Assembly (NCBI GenBank): GCA_963773295.1
Contig: CAVZAJ010000020.1
Location: 1,480 to 65,479 of the forward strand
Length of the DNA stretch: 64,000 nucleotides
DNA from: an uncultured Alphaproteobacteria bacterium
GTDB lineage: Bacteria; Pseudomonadota; Alphaproteobacteria; Rhizobiales; Aestuariivirgaceae
Direction: 5' to 3'
Below, piece after piece: positions 29,024 to 38,646 of this stretch. Below the pieces are notes generated by a model. That model was given only the letters and a program-made list of their open reading frames with translations, was not told the DNA's origin and made no database searches. Each line of letters starts with the position of its first letter. Within the stretch, counting starts at the first letter, position 1. Both the position numbers and the translations under genes were made by a program.

Positions 29024-30793
29024 TCAATAGACAGGCGTTGCAAGCCCAAGCGATCGCGCTTTGATCTGCAGCGCGAGGAATTGCGAGTAGTGTCGCGAGA
29101 GATGCAGATTGCCGCCATGGAACCACAGTGCCTCCTGCTTCAGTGGCTTCCACATGTTTCGTAACTCGCCCTCCCAAGGTCCGGGATCGCCGCGTGTGCT
29201 TGATCCATAACCCCAGTTGGGGCCGATCCGGTCGGCAACTTCGCGAGAGATGACAGGGGCCAGCCACTCATTCATGGGCAGATAGCCAGTGGCATAGACA
29301 ATTATGTCGGCCGGAAGCTCGGAGCCATCGGTGAGCATCACCGACTTCTCCTTGATCTCATCAATCTCGACCCTGCTCCTGACCTTGACGTCACCGCGCG
29401 CAATGAGCTCAGAGCAGCCGACATCGATGTAGTAGCCACTGCCGGTACGCAGCGCCTTCATCAAGAGGCCCGATTCATCTTCACCAAAGTCGGTCATAAA
29501 GCCGGCGGCGTTCAAGCGCTTGAGCAGCGTTGCGTCGCGCTTTGCCATGGTCTTATAGAGCTTGCGCTGCAAGTCAGGCTGCAGGCGAAACGGCACGGAG
29601 GCGAAAATGAGATCCGCCTTGTCTACATCAATGCCCTTCGCGACAGCTTCCTCCGAGTAAAGGTCCTTGAAGGCGACATCCATCAGTGTTTCCGACCGTA
29701 CAACAGTCGTGGGTGTGCGTTGGATCATGGTGACCTCAGCACCCGCCTCCCAGAAGTCGGCGCAGATGTCATGTGCCGAGCTGTTCGCGCCCAGCACAAT
29801 GCAATGTTTGCCCTTGTGGGGTTGGGCAGTCATGTGGTTACCCGAATGGTACTGGAGGCCTTGGAACCTTTCTTTGCCTTTGATGTGTGGCTCGCGCGGG
29901 GGCCCATAGGACCCCGTGGCGAAGACGAGTTGCTTGGGACGAAGCTCGACGCGTTTACCGTCCCGCTCAACCTGGATTGCCCACGTATTGCTTGCAGGAT
30001 CGAATGTCGCTTTCCTGCACTCGCTTGATCCCCAGTAGTTCAGCTCCATGACCTTCGTATACATTTCCAACCAGTCGCCGAGCTTGTCTTTTGGGCAGAA
30101 CACGGGCCAGTGGCTGGGGAATGGAATGTAAGGCATGTGGTCGTACCAAACTGGATCATGGAGAACGAGTGAACGGTAGCGGTTGCGCCATGAATCGCCC
30201 GGTCTTGCGTTTTTCTCGACGATGATCGTTTCGACACCGAGACGCTTCAACCGTGCGCCAAGCGCTATGCCCCCTTGACCGCCTCCAACGATCACGCAGT
30301 AGGGCTGGCGCGAGTTGCCAAGCTCCAAGTTTTCCCGGGCACGTTCCTCATGCCAGACCTTGCGATCGGGATGGGAACCGTGGAATACGCCCTCTTCGCG
30401 TGTGACGCCGCGTTTTTCCTCATGGCCCTTAAGTTCCTGCATGGTTGTAAGGACTGTATAGCCCGATCCGTTCCTGAGGCGCAGGTGCCCACGCCCGCGC
30501 GCAACCGAAGTCTCGAACGTAAACCAGGCTTCAATCGTTTTGCCGTTCCGCTCGGCGTCCCCGTCCATCTTGATTTTTGACAACCCGCTATGCGGCAAAG
30601 TGAATGAAAGCATTTGTTCTATGCCATCGCGGCCCTCGACGGTGCGGATGTTCCAAGTCAAAGCGACAAGGTCGCGACAGTAGCATTCCCTACCGAACAT
30701 GGAGGCTATCGCCTTGGCGTCGTTTCGTCTCGCAGCGCGCCCCAGCTTCGCAAGCCAACGTTTCACAATTGCTGTGTCAGCAGAAATCGTCAT
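29024..30793 (-). CDS. Flavin-containing monooxygenase with N-terminal extension (type II FMO-like)
   Basis: RDLVALTWNI, GGGQGG, WRNRY.SL.LHDP, FATG, F.G..YHS and YATGY motifs. Confidence 0.88.
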   Translation of the reverse strand: MTISADTAIVKRWLAKLGRAARRNDAKAIASMFGRECYCRDLVALTWNIRTVEGRDGIEQMLSFTLPHSGLSKIKMDGDAERNGKTIEAWFTFETSVARGRGHLRLRNGSGYTVLTTMQELKGHEEKRGVTREEGVFHGSHPDRKVWHEERARENLELGNSRQPYCVIVGGGQGGIALGARLKRLGVETIIVEKNARPGDSWRNRYRSLVLHDPVWYDHMPYIPFPSHWPVFCPKDKLGDWLEMYTKVMELNYWGSSECRKATFDPASNTWAIQVERDGKRVELRPKQLVFATGSYGPPREPHIKGKERFQGLQYHSGNHMTAQPHKGKHCIVLGANSSAHDICADFWEAGAEVTMIQRTPTTVVRSETLMDVAFKDLYSEEAVAKGIDVDKADLIFASVPFRLQPDLQRKLYKTMAKRDATLLKRLNAAGFMTDFGEDESGLLMKALRTGSGYYIDVGCSELIARGDVKVRSRVEIDEIKEKSVMLTDGSELPADIIVYATGYLPMNEWLAPVISREVADRIGPNWGYGSSTRGDPGPWEGELRNMWKPLKQEALWFHGGNLHLSRHYSQFLALQIKARSLGLATPVY

Positions 30794-31193
30794 GGCATGC
30801 TCCTTTCGCTTAACAAATGGCGCCCGCCGTTCTTCAACGCGTTCCAGCCTCGGCGGAGGTCGCCTCTTTCTTGACGTTTTCCGTCTCTCAGGTTTTGCGA
30901 GTCTGTTCACACTGCTGATGGCTCTCGGATTGTGAAATAAAATTACTAAGAATGCTGCACTTTGGCAATGCATTTGACCGGACGCAATTCCGGCCTGCCC
31001 AGCGTTTTTGTCACTGAAAGCCCCTTGAACGCCGGTGTTTTCAGCTGATGCGTGCGGCAACTAGGATCATTCAAGTAATTTGCTGTTGCTATCTCTGAAT
31101 ACTTGTCACATGATTTCTGTCGGCGCCGCGGTGCGTATCTAAAGTGCGCCATCTAGGCACTATTTAGTTCCTTTCGGGTGAGGTTGCGCGGTC

Positions 31194-32015
31194 ATGAATG
31201 CCATCTCAAGAAACGTAACCGGTTTAACGACCGGGAATGTCAAAATGGCAATCACCGAAGCCACCAAATACTATGAGACTCGCACCGGTCGAGTTCACGC
31301 TCTCGACAACGTTTGCCTTGATGTGAGGGAAGGAGAATTCCTGTGCATCCTCGGCCCTTCGGGCTGCGGAAAGACGACATTGCTTTGGTCCATGGCAGGT
31401 CTGCATTCCCTCTCCGGCGGCAGCGTCACTTTAGGCAACGAAACGATTACCAAGCCGCATCCGGCGATCGCAATGATCTTTCAGGACGCCAATCTCCTCC
31501 CCTGGCGAAACCTGCAGAAGAACATCGAGCTGCCGTTCGAGATCAAGAAGATTTCCCCGGACCGCAATAGGATCAATAAATTGCTTAATCGCGTGGGGCT
31601 CGCAGGCTTCGAATCGAAAATGCCACGCGAATTGTCAGGCGGCATGCAGCAGCGCGCATCGATCGTGAGAAGTTTATCCGTGGATCCGGCGGTGCTCCTG
31701 ATGGATGAACCCTTCGGCGCACTTGACGCATTCACGCGCGATGAGATGAATTTGTTGATCCAGGAGATTTGGTTAGAGACAAAAAAAACCATCGCTTTCG
31801 TCACGCATTCGATTTCGGAGGCAATCTTTCTTGCCGACCGCGTAGCCGTGATGTCGGCGAGGCCCGGCCGCATCGCGGAAATCTATAACGTGGATATTCC
31901 ACGGCCGCGATCGGTCGAAATTCAGACCAAGCCTGACTTTATTGAACGCGTGCTGCACGTGAAGTCGCGAATAGAACATGACCGCGGCGGCGCTGCTGGT
32001 CTTGCTATCACTTGA
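31194..32015 (+). CDS. NitT/TauT-family ABC ATP-binding protein
   Basis: GPSGCGKT, LLPWR, LSGGMQQR and DEPFGALD motifs. Confidence 0.93.
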   Translation: MNAISRNVTGLTTGNVKMAITEATKYYETRTGRVHALDNVCLDVREGEFLCILGPSGCGKTTLLWSMAGLHSLSGGSVTLGNETITKPHPAIAMIFQDANLLPWRNLQKNIELPFEIKKISPDRNRINKLLNRVGLAGFESKMPRELSGGMQQRASIVRSLSVDPAVLLMDEPFGALDAFTRDEMNLLIQEIWLETKKTIAFVTHSISEAIFLADRVAVMSARPGRIAEIYNVDIPRPRSVEIQTKPDFIERVLHVKSRIEHDRGGAAGLAIT

Positions 32016-32027
32016 GGAGCAAAATCC

Positions 32028-32873
32028 GTGGATAAGGCGCTGGAGGACAGGATACCAGAATTTAACAGGAAAGCGGCAGACGTCGGCAATGTAGGGCTTT
32101 CGGGTGCCAGCTTCAGCCTTGGTGATCACCGGACCAAACTCGAGACTGTTGTCATCTTGCTTATCGCCATTGTCATCATTAGCGGTACGGAGATCCTCCT
32201 CGGAATACTCAATGTGCCGCACTACGTTATGCCAAAGCCAAGTCAGATTGCGTTGGCGCTTGTAACCGAGTTTCCCAACTACTGGCCGCATCTTTTGGTG
32301 ACGCTCAAGGAGCTGTTTATCGGCTTCGCGATCGGAGGCTCGATCGGCTTCGTCCTGGCCGCCGTCATCACGCAGTTCCCTTTTGTTGAAAAAGTAGTAA
32401 CGCCCTATATTCTGCTTCTGGTCACGACTCCAATGCTGGCACTCGTGCCGCTGCTGATCCTGCGCTTCGGTTTTGGCAGCGAGCCGCGGATCATTGCGGT
32501 GGCGCTCGCATCGGGGCCAATGGTGATGATCAATTCGGCGACCGGTTTCAGGCGGGTTGATCTCGCCAAGATTGCGCTTGCCCGCTCGTTTGGCGCGAGT
32601 ACATTTCAGATTTTTACTAAGATTCGCATTCCGATGGCCATGCCCATGATCATCGTGGGCCTCATGGTCGGTTCAATCTTTGGTCTTCTGACCACGATTG
32701 GCGCGGAGATGGTTGGTGGTGCGGAGGGGCTCGGAAACCGCCTCACTTATTATTCAGCCTTGATCCGCATGCCGCAGTTTTTCGCGATCATTCTCATTCT
32801 CGCGATCCTGGGCATTTCAATCTATATTTTCTTCTTCTGGCTCGGCAAGAAATGGGCCAGTTGGGAAACCTAA
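32028..32873 (+). CDS. NitT/TauT-family ABC permease
   Basis: About 6 TM segments, EAA-like ARSFGAS, AEMVGGAEGLG. Confidence 0.9.
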   Translation: MDKALEDRIPEFNRKAADVGNVGLSGASFSLGDHRTKLETVVILLIAIVIISGTEILLGILNVPHYVMPKPSQIALALVTEFPNYWPHLLVTLKELFIGFAIGGSIGFVLAAVITQFPFVEKVVTPYILLLVTTPMLALVPLLILRFGFGSEPRIIAVALASGPMVMINSATGFRRVDLAKIALARSFGASTFQIFTKIRIPMAMPMIIVGLMVGSIFGLLTTIGAEMVGGAEGLGNRLTYYSALIRMPQFFAIILILAILGISIYIFFFWLGKKWASWET

Positions 32874-32942
32874 CGGAAACAAGACGGAGAAACCGCTGTT
32901 CCGAATAAATCTATCGCATTTGACAACAGAGGAGGAACGACA

Positions 32943-34070
32943 ATGAATGGCAATATCATGATCGGCCGCCGCAGGCTGCTGACAATCTCCGCGACTGGCG
33001 TTTCCGCCCTGGCGCTGGGAAGCATAATTGGCTCGCGGGACGCCTATGCTGCCGAAACGGTACGCTGGGTTTCTCCGCGCGGTACTGTGGAGGTTCTTGA
33101 CGATTATCCCTATTGGATCGCCAAGAAATTCGGCTACTTCGGAGATATTGAAACGACTCTTGAACCTGGACCATCGGATGCAACTGCAACAGTTAAGCTC
33201 GTTGACCAAAATCAGGCTGACGTTGGCTATCCTTCTCCAGGCGTGTTCTCATTGGGCTTAGCCCAAGGTATTCCGTTAGTGTCGGTCTTCCATATGGGTG
33301 GCAGCGATGTGTTCTGCTTCGCATTCCGTAAGGGGCAGAAGCCGCAAAGCCTCAAGGAGCTCGAAGGTAAGACCGTTGTTCTAGGATCGGCAGGCTGGCA
33401 GTCAATCTGCGATCCCATGTTGAAGGCAGCTGGCGTCGACGTAACGAAAATCAAATATGTCGATGCCGGTTGGCCAACTTGGGGCACGGCGTTGATGTCA
33501 GGTCAGGGCGATGCAGCTCTCTCATGGGAAGGGCTGCGAGCCCAATGGAAAGGACAGGGCCTTGACTTCGATTACTGGCTTGGCCGCGATTTCTCTAAAC
33601 TGCCTGCCAACAGCTTTATTATCCGGAAGGCGGATTTCGACGATACCGCCAAGAAGGACATGTACGAGCGCTACTTCCGCGGTTGGGCCATGGGACTCGA
33701 GTTCGGCAGGATGAATCCGCGTGCAGCCACGCAAATTGTCATGGAGCAATTCCCGGGCCTGAGTTCGCAGATGACGCCAGACGTCGCAGTCGAATCTCAG
33801 ATGCAGCTGGCCAATGTTTTCGCCGGCCGCTGGGAGGAGCGTAAGAAGTGGGGCTATCATCTGCCGGAGAGCTGGCAGTTGTTCTTCGACGTAGGCCGCG
33901 AAATCGGCCAGATCACGGGCGACTTCAAACTCGAGGACGTGGTCAAGAACGATTATATCGACGCAGCCAATGCGTTTGACGCCGCCAAAGTCAAGTCGGA
34001 CGCTGACGGCTTTGGGCTCTCCGATGCCTACAAGGCGGTCAAGGTCGACGAAATCGCCAAGCGTATATGA
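32943..34070 (+). CDS. ABC substrate-binding protein, NMT1/THI5-like, Tat signal
   Basis: GRRRLL Tat-like leader, AKKFGYF, KELEGKTV; SD GAGGAGG. Confidence 0.82.
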   Translation: MNGNIMIGRRRLLTISATGVSALALGSIIGSRDAYAAETVRWVSPRGTVEVLDDYPYWIAKKFGYFGDIETTLEPGPSDATATVKLVDQNQADVGYPSPGVFSLGLAQGIPLVSVFHMGGSDVFCFAFRKGQKPQSLKELEGKTVVLGSAGWQSICDPMLKAAGVDVTKIKYVDAGWPTWGTALMSGQGDAALSWEGLRAQWKGQGLDFDYWLGRDFSKLPANSFIIRKADFDDTAKKDMYERYFRGWAMGLEFGRMNPRAATQIVMEQFPGLSSQMTPDVAVESQMQLANVFAGRWEERKKWGYHLPESWQLFFDVGREIGQITGDFKLEDVVKNDYIDAANAFDAAKVKSDADGFGLSDAYKAVKVDEIAKRI

Positions 34071-34076
34071 TTGATC

Positions 34077-34102
34077 GGGGTGGCGAACGAAATCGCCACC
34101 CC
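34077..34102 (+). other. Intercistronic stem-loop after the SBP gene
   Basis: GGGGTGGCGA-ACGAAA-TCGCCACCCC perfect 10-bp stem. Confidence 0.6.
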
Positions 34103-34128
34103 TCCCATCTCATCTCGGAGCTCCATCC

Positions 34129-34482
34129 ATGTTTGCCTTTGATCATGTCGGCATTACCACGACAGTGAAGCAACCCAATGAAAATTGGGTGGAGCAAAGC
34201 CGTGTCTGGGTCACAAACCCACGCAGCCACCCTGAAAACATTGAATTCCTTCGTTACGAAACTGACAGCGCAGTGCCCGAGACGATCAAGAAGAATCCAC
34301 ACATCGCTTTCCGGGTTGACGCGCTCGAACCGCATCTCGCTTCGCCGGACGTCGAAATCATTATCCCGCGGTTTGTCGTTGGTGATTTTGTTGAGGTGGT
34401 TTTCGTTCGAAAGTACGACACAATCTTTGAATACATGCACTATCTCAAAGAAGACTGGTTTTCCGAGGGGACATCCGGGTGA
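34129..34482 (+). CDS. Small VOC/glyoxalase-like hypothetical protein
   Basis: FDHVGI, IEFL, PHIAFRVD and IFEY potential metal-ligand pattern; SD GGAG. Confidence 0.7.
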   Translation: MFAFDHVGITTTVKQPNENWVEQSRVWVTNPRSHPENIEFLRYETDSAVPETIKKNPHIAFRVDALEPHLASPDVEIIIPRFVVGDFVEVVFVRKYDTIFEYMHYLKEDWFSEGTSG

Positions 34483-34595
34483 ACTCCAGTGCCGAGTAAA
34501 ATGCGTCACGAAACGCATCTTTTTCAACGCCTGTCTTGTGCTGCTGCACAACACGGTTGGCCACATCACCATCCAGCTTAACCAGGAGAGGCAGC

Positions 34596-35597
34596 ATGGA
34601 CAAGCTTCGCATAGGTGTCATTGGACTGGGTTGGTTTGGGGAGATTCATTGCGAAACCATCATCGGCATTCCCAACCTTGAACTGGCGGCACTTTGTACG
34701 CGCCGCCCTGACCGCTTGGCCGAACAAGCGAGGAAATTCGGCGTGAAGAAGATCTTTACGGACTATCGGGACATGCTGGCCGACAAAAACATTGATGCCG
34801 TTTCGATTGTCACCATGTGGGATCAGCATACCCAGCCGGCCGTAGACGCGCTGGCCGCGGGAAAGCATGTACTCCTCGAAAAGCCTATGGCTGCAACTGT
34901 TGCTGATTGTGAGAAAATCATCGCAACGTCAAAAAAGTCCAAAGGGATTCTGCAGGTCGGTCACATCTGCCGGTTTAACCCCCGCTATCGCACGGCCAAA
35001 CAGGCTATCGACGAGGGTCGTATCGGCAAAATCGTGGCGTTGCAATCACGCCGTAACATTCCTGCCGCTTGGACGCCAACCATTCTCGAGAAGATCGGGC
35101 CTATTGTCGGTGATGCCATTCATGACACGGACCTCATGCTTTGGTTCACCGGCGACCGAGTGGCCAGCGTCTATGCGCAAACTGTGAGCGTTCGCGGCCT
35201 AAAGTACCCGGACATCGGCCAAACAATGTATCGCTTCAAGGGCGGGGCATCGGCAACGCTCGAGACCGTCTGGTGCATGCCGGAGAAAACACCTTTCGAT
35301 ATCGATGAGCGTATGTCGATTATCGGCACCGAGGGCATCATTCACGTACAGGACACGTTTCCCAACCTTGGCATCGTCGACAAATCCAGGCTGCACAGTC
35401 CCGACACGACCTATTGGCCGATATTCGATGGCGTGCGTGGCGGGGCCTTGCGCGCCGAGTTCGAATATTTTGCAGATTGTGCGTTGAAGGGAAAGACGCC
35501 CGAGATTGGAAGGCCGGAGGATGCGGCTGCGGCCCTGGAGGCCACGATCGCCGCAGAAGAGTCAGCCCGTACGGGCAAAGTGATACACATCGGATAG
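34596..35597 (+). CDS. Gfo/Idh/MocA oxidoreductase
   Basis: GLGWFG, LLEKPMA and DAIHDTD motifs. Confidence 0.9.
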   Translation: MDKLRIGVIGLGWFGEIHCETIIGIPNLELAALCTRRPDRLAEQARKFGVKKIFTDYRDMLADKNIDAVSIVTMWDQHTQPAVDALAAGKHVLLEKPMAATVADCEKIIATSKKSKGILQVGHICRFNPRYRTAKQAIDEGRIGKIVALQSRRNIPAAWTPTILEKIGPIVGDAIHDTDLMLWFTGDRVASVYAQTVSVRGLKYPDIGQTMYRFKGGASATLETVWCMPEKTPFDIDERMSIIGTEGIIHVQDTFPNLGIVDKSRLHSPDTTYWPIFDGVRGGALRAEFEYFADCALKGKTPEIGRPEDAAAALEATIAAEESARTGKVIHIG

Positions 35598-35606
35598 GAG
35601 AGGCAC

Positions 35607-36656
35607 ATGACACAGAAGCTCAGAGTATTGGTCGTTGGACTTGGCAACATGGGCATGAGCCATGCGCTGGCTTACACGCGCATAGCGGATTTCGATGTCG
35701 TTGGCGTTTGCGAACGAGGGATTGCTGAGCGCAAATTGCCCGACCCGCTGAAAGGCGCAAAGAAGTTCGACAATTTCGAAAAAGCGTTGGCAGAATTGAA
35801 GCCGGATGTCGTCTCCATCAACACGCTACCCGACACGCACGCCCAATTCGCCATGAAAGCCATGGAGGCGGGTGCGCATATTTTTGTGGAAAAGCCGCTC
35901 GCAGACACTATTGAAAACGCAGAGAAGGCGGTTGCAACCGCTCACAAGACGGGAAAAAAACTGGTCGTCGGCTATATTCTCCGCCAGCATCCCTCGTGGA
36001 TCAAGTTCATCGAGATCGCCCGGCAACTCGGAACGCCTCTCGTTTTTCGCATGAACCTCAACCAACAATCCAACGGTGAAACCTGGGACTGGCACAAGCG
36101 CCTGCTCAATTCGTTCCCTCCTATTGTTGACTGTGGCGTGCACTATGTCGATGTCATGTGCCAGATGACATCCGCCAAACCGATCAAAGTCCACGCCATC
36201 GGCGCGCAGCTGTCGAATGAAGTGAAGCAGCAGAACTACGGCATGCTGCAGGTGATGTTCGATGATGGCTCCGTCGGCTGGTATGAGGCCGGATGGGGCC
36301 CAATGATGAGCGAAACTGCGTTCTTCGTGAAGGATGTTGTTGGCCCTAAAGGCTCTGTTTCGATCGTCATGGCCGAAACGGCTGGTAATGTGAAATCTGA
36401 CGACATCAACGCGCACACCAAGACCAATCAAATTCTATGGCACCATGCCGACATGAAAACCCCGGACCAGCGCATCAACATGCAAGACGAGCCAAACCAT
36501 GACGACCTCTGCGAACGCGAACAGCGCTATCTGCTGAAGGCGATCCGAGACAACCTCGATCTCACTGATCACATGGATGATGCAGTGAAGAGCCTCAAAA
36601 TTGTTATGGCGGCTGACCGTTCGATCCACGAGGGTCAGGTGATCAGTCTGATATGA
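35607..36656 (+). CDS. Gfo/Idh/MocA oxidoreductase (paralog of 58398-59462)
   Basis: GLGNMG, VEKPLA and VDCGVHYVD motifs. Confidence 0.9.
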   Translation: MTQKLRVLVVGLGNMGMSHALAYTRIADFDVVGVCERGIAERKLPDPLKGAKKFDNFEKALAELKPDVVSINTLPDTHAQFAMKAMEAGAHIFVEKPLADTIENAEKAVATAHKTGKKLVVGYILRQHPSWIKFIEIARQLGTPLVFRMNLNQQSNGETWDWHKRLLNSFPPIVDCGVHYVDVMCQMTSAKPIKVHAIGAQLSNEVKQQNYGMLQVMFDDGSVGWYEAGWGPMMSETAFFVKDVVGPKGSVSIVMAETAGNVKSDDINAHTKTNQILWHHADMKTPDQRINMQDEPNHDDLCEREQRYLLKAIRDNLDLTDHMDDAVKSLKIVMAADRSIHEGQVISLI

Positions 36657-36684
36657 GCTCGATAGCGGGGACGGGAGAAACATC

Positions 36685-36855
36685 TTGATCTTTAAAATCC
36701 GAGTGGATTCCGTGGAAGGCGTCCGGGCTGCGCGGGCGGCCGGAGCAACGCGTCTCGAACTCTGTGCCAGCCTGCTTGAAGGCACACCCGGCGTGATGCG
36801 TCAGGCCTGCACCGTCCCGGGCATCAAACGGCATGTCATCCTCGCTCATGCGTGA
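36685..36855 (+). pseudogene. cutC: Truncated copper homeostasis protein CutC remnant
   Basis: Hand translation MIFKIRVDSVEGVRAARAAGATRLELCASLLEGTPGVMRQACTVPGIKRHVILAHA* resembles the CutC N-terminus (EIC.DS...A..GA.RIELC..L..GG.TPS). Confidence 0.75.
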
Positions 36856-37138
36856 ACAGGGTCTTTTTGAGACCGCATGATGGGACGAATAAATCGTGAC
36901 TCTTTTATCCGTCCGCGCTACCCGCGCGCCGCAACTTTCGAAGAAACTCCGCGATTTTACGGTAGACTGGATCATGGCTGTCCTTTATCGCCCAACCTTC
37001 CACGTCTTCACGTTAGACCAAAATTAGAACCGACAGGCTGATATTGTCACCACCTGCAAAAATACCAATTCTAGCTCGTTTACTGTTGCATTATTTACCG
37101 GGGAATATTTGCAAATTTGCTGGAGAGAATAGTAGGTT

Positions 37139-37801
37139 TTATTTCAGCCGCGGTTTACCTTCTAACCCTGCCATTTCTGCATCATTCACATTTGGTATTC
37201 GCATCTCGAATAATTCACTAACAAATGTGTAGTCGTAGTATCCGAGGCGGGCGATTGGCTTTATTCTCAAGATGTCAAGCTTTCCCGACGGCAATACAAA
37301 TTCTTCCTTGATGTGAATTCGCACAACCTCACCAAACACCACGTCTGCATCTGACACTTTTGTGGTTCCCGGAAAGTGCACGGTTCTGAGATACCGGCAT
37401 TCGAAATGACAGGGGCTTTCTGCGACCCGGGAACCAGGAGCTTCAATGCATCCCATCTTAGTGACTCCCGCCAGCTCAAATTCATCCACACCTCTTGGAA
37501 CCGGCTGAGCCGACTTATTAACAGCTTCCCGTAAGTCATAGGTCGCCATGTTCCAAACAAAATAGCCAGTTTCCTGTGCGTTTATAACAGTATCTTTTTT
37601 CCGGCCGTCCACATGCTGGTCGGCCGAGAACATCACTATTGGAGGATCATAGGTAATGTTCTGCCACTGACTAAATGGCGCCAAGTTGGGTTGGCCATCT
37701 CTAGATATCGTGGAAATCCAACCGATCGGGCGCGGCACCGTGCAACTCTTGAATGGGTCGTGGGGCAGGGGGCGGGGATCTTTGCGAGGGTCGTAATGCA
37801 T
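37139..37801 (-). CDS. Flavin reductase family protein
   Basis: VPRPIGWIST, NLAPFS, KDTVIN and ARLGYYDY motifs. Confidence 0.9.
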   Translation of the reverse strand: MHYDPRKDPRPLPHDPFKSCTVPRPIGWISTISRDGQPNLAPFSQWQNITYDPPIVMFSADQHVDGRKKDTVINAQETGYFVWNMATYDLREAVNKSAQPVPRGVDEFELAGVTKMGCIEAPGSRVAESPCHFECRYLRTVHFPGTTKVSDADVVFGEVVRIHIKEEFVLPSGKLDILRIKPIARLGYYDYTFVSELFEMRIPNVNDAEMAGLEGKPRLK

Positions 37802-38646
37802 CAGTCAATTCCGCGGATACCGCGAAGCCGTTCGTTGCGCCGGCGCAAGAGTTCAACGCCTATAAACATAACAATGGATAACACGACCTGGAGACTGGCC
37901 GCCGCCGTTATTGTGGGGCTTATCATCTCCCGAATACCGCTAAACATCTGTTTTGGGAGGGTGCGCTGTTCCGCGCTGGCAAGAAATAATGCCACAACAA
38001 CTTCATCGAAAGAGGTGACGAAAGCGAACAAACCACCTGTCACAACGCCAGGCAATATCAACGGCAAAATCACTCTCCGGAAGCTGTAAATAGGAGAAGC
38101 GCCAAGGCTTAGGGCGGAGCGCTGGAGATCCCAGTTGAAACTTGTAAGCGTCGACGTGACTGTAATCACCACAAATGGCGTAGCCAGGGCGGTATGGGCC
38201 AGAACCAATCCCGAGAAAGTTCCGATCAATCCGAAACGGCCATAAAACATGAACGTCGCGACCGCTATGATGATGACTGGCACAATTATTGGCAGCAACA
38301 ACGTTCCTAGAATTACGGGACGCAGCGGCAAATGGGTACGGGCCAAGCCGAGAGCGGCCATTGTCCCAAGGATCGTGGAAAGGATTGTCACGGTAACCGC
38401 AAGTTTCACGCTTAAAACGAGCGAACCCCACCAACGTTCATTACCGAAGAAGTCTCGATACCATTGAAGTGACAATCCCGGCATTGGGTAGCTGAAATAG
38501 GGCTCCGCATTGAAAGACAGAGGCATCACCGCCAAAATGGGAGCAATCAGAAAAAGCAGCACAATGCCGGTGAAAGCCCAACCGACATAGAACATTACCT
38601 TTTCAACCGGCATGGCATAAGGCGCAGGTTTGAGCATAAGGGTCAA
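37801..38646 (-). CDS. Polyamine/opine-type ABC permease (PotC-like)
   Basis: SLQWY, ALSLGASP, SFDEVV and TLP motifs. Confidence 0.9.
   Translation of the reverse strand: MTLMLKPAPYAMPVEKVMFYVGWAFTGIVLLFLIAPILAVMPLSFNAEPYFSYPMPGLSLQWYRDFFGNERWWGSLVLSVKLAVTVTILSTILGTMAALGLARTHLPLRPVILGTLLLPIIVPVIIIAVATFMFYGRFGLIGTFSGLVLAHTALATPFVVITVTSTLTSFNWDLQRSALSLGASPIYSFRRVILPLILPGVVTGGLFAFVTSFDEVVVALFLASAEQRTLPKQMFSGIREMISPTITAAASLQVVLSIVMFIGVELLRRRNERLRGIRGID

Noticed and set aside
28794-29267. 157-aa minus-strand ORF at the island start as an integrase remnant
   Set aside because: It overlaps the FMO in another frame and shows no tyrosine or serine recombinase motif
30794-31060. N-terminal extension of the FMO ORF
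   Set aside because: Not protein-like, and an AAGGAG SD precedes the ATG at 30793
37061-37067. NagQ-type AATACCA inside the island
   Set aside because: A single heptamer with no 11-bp partner; expected by chance
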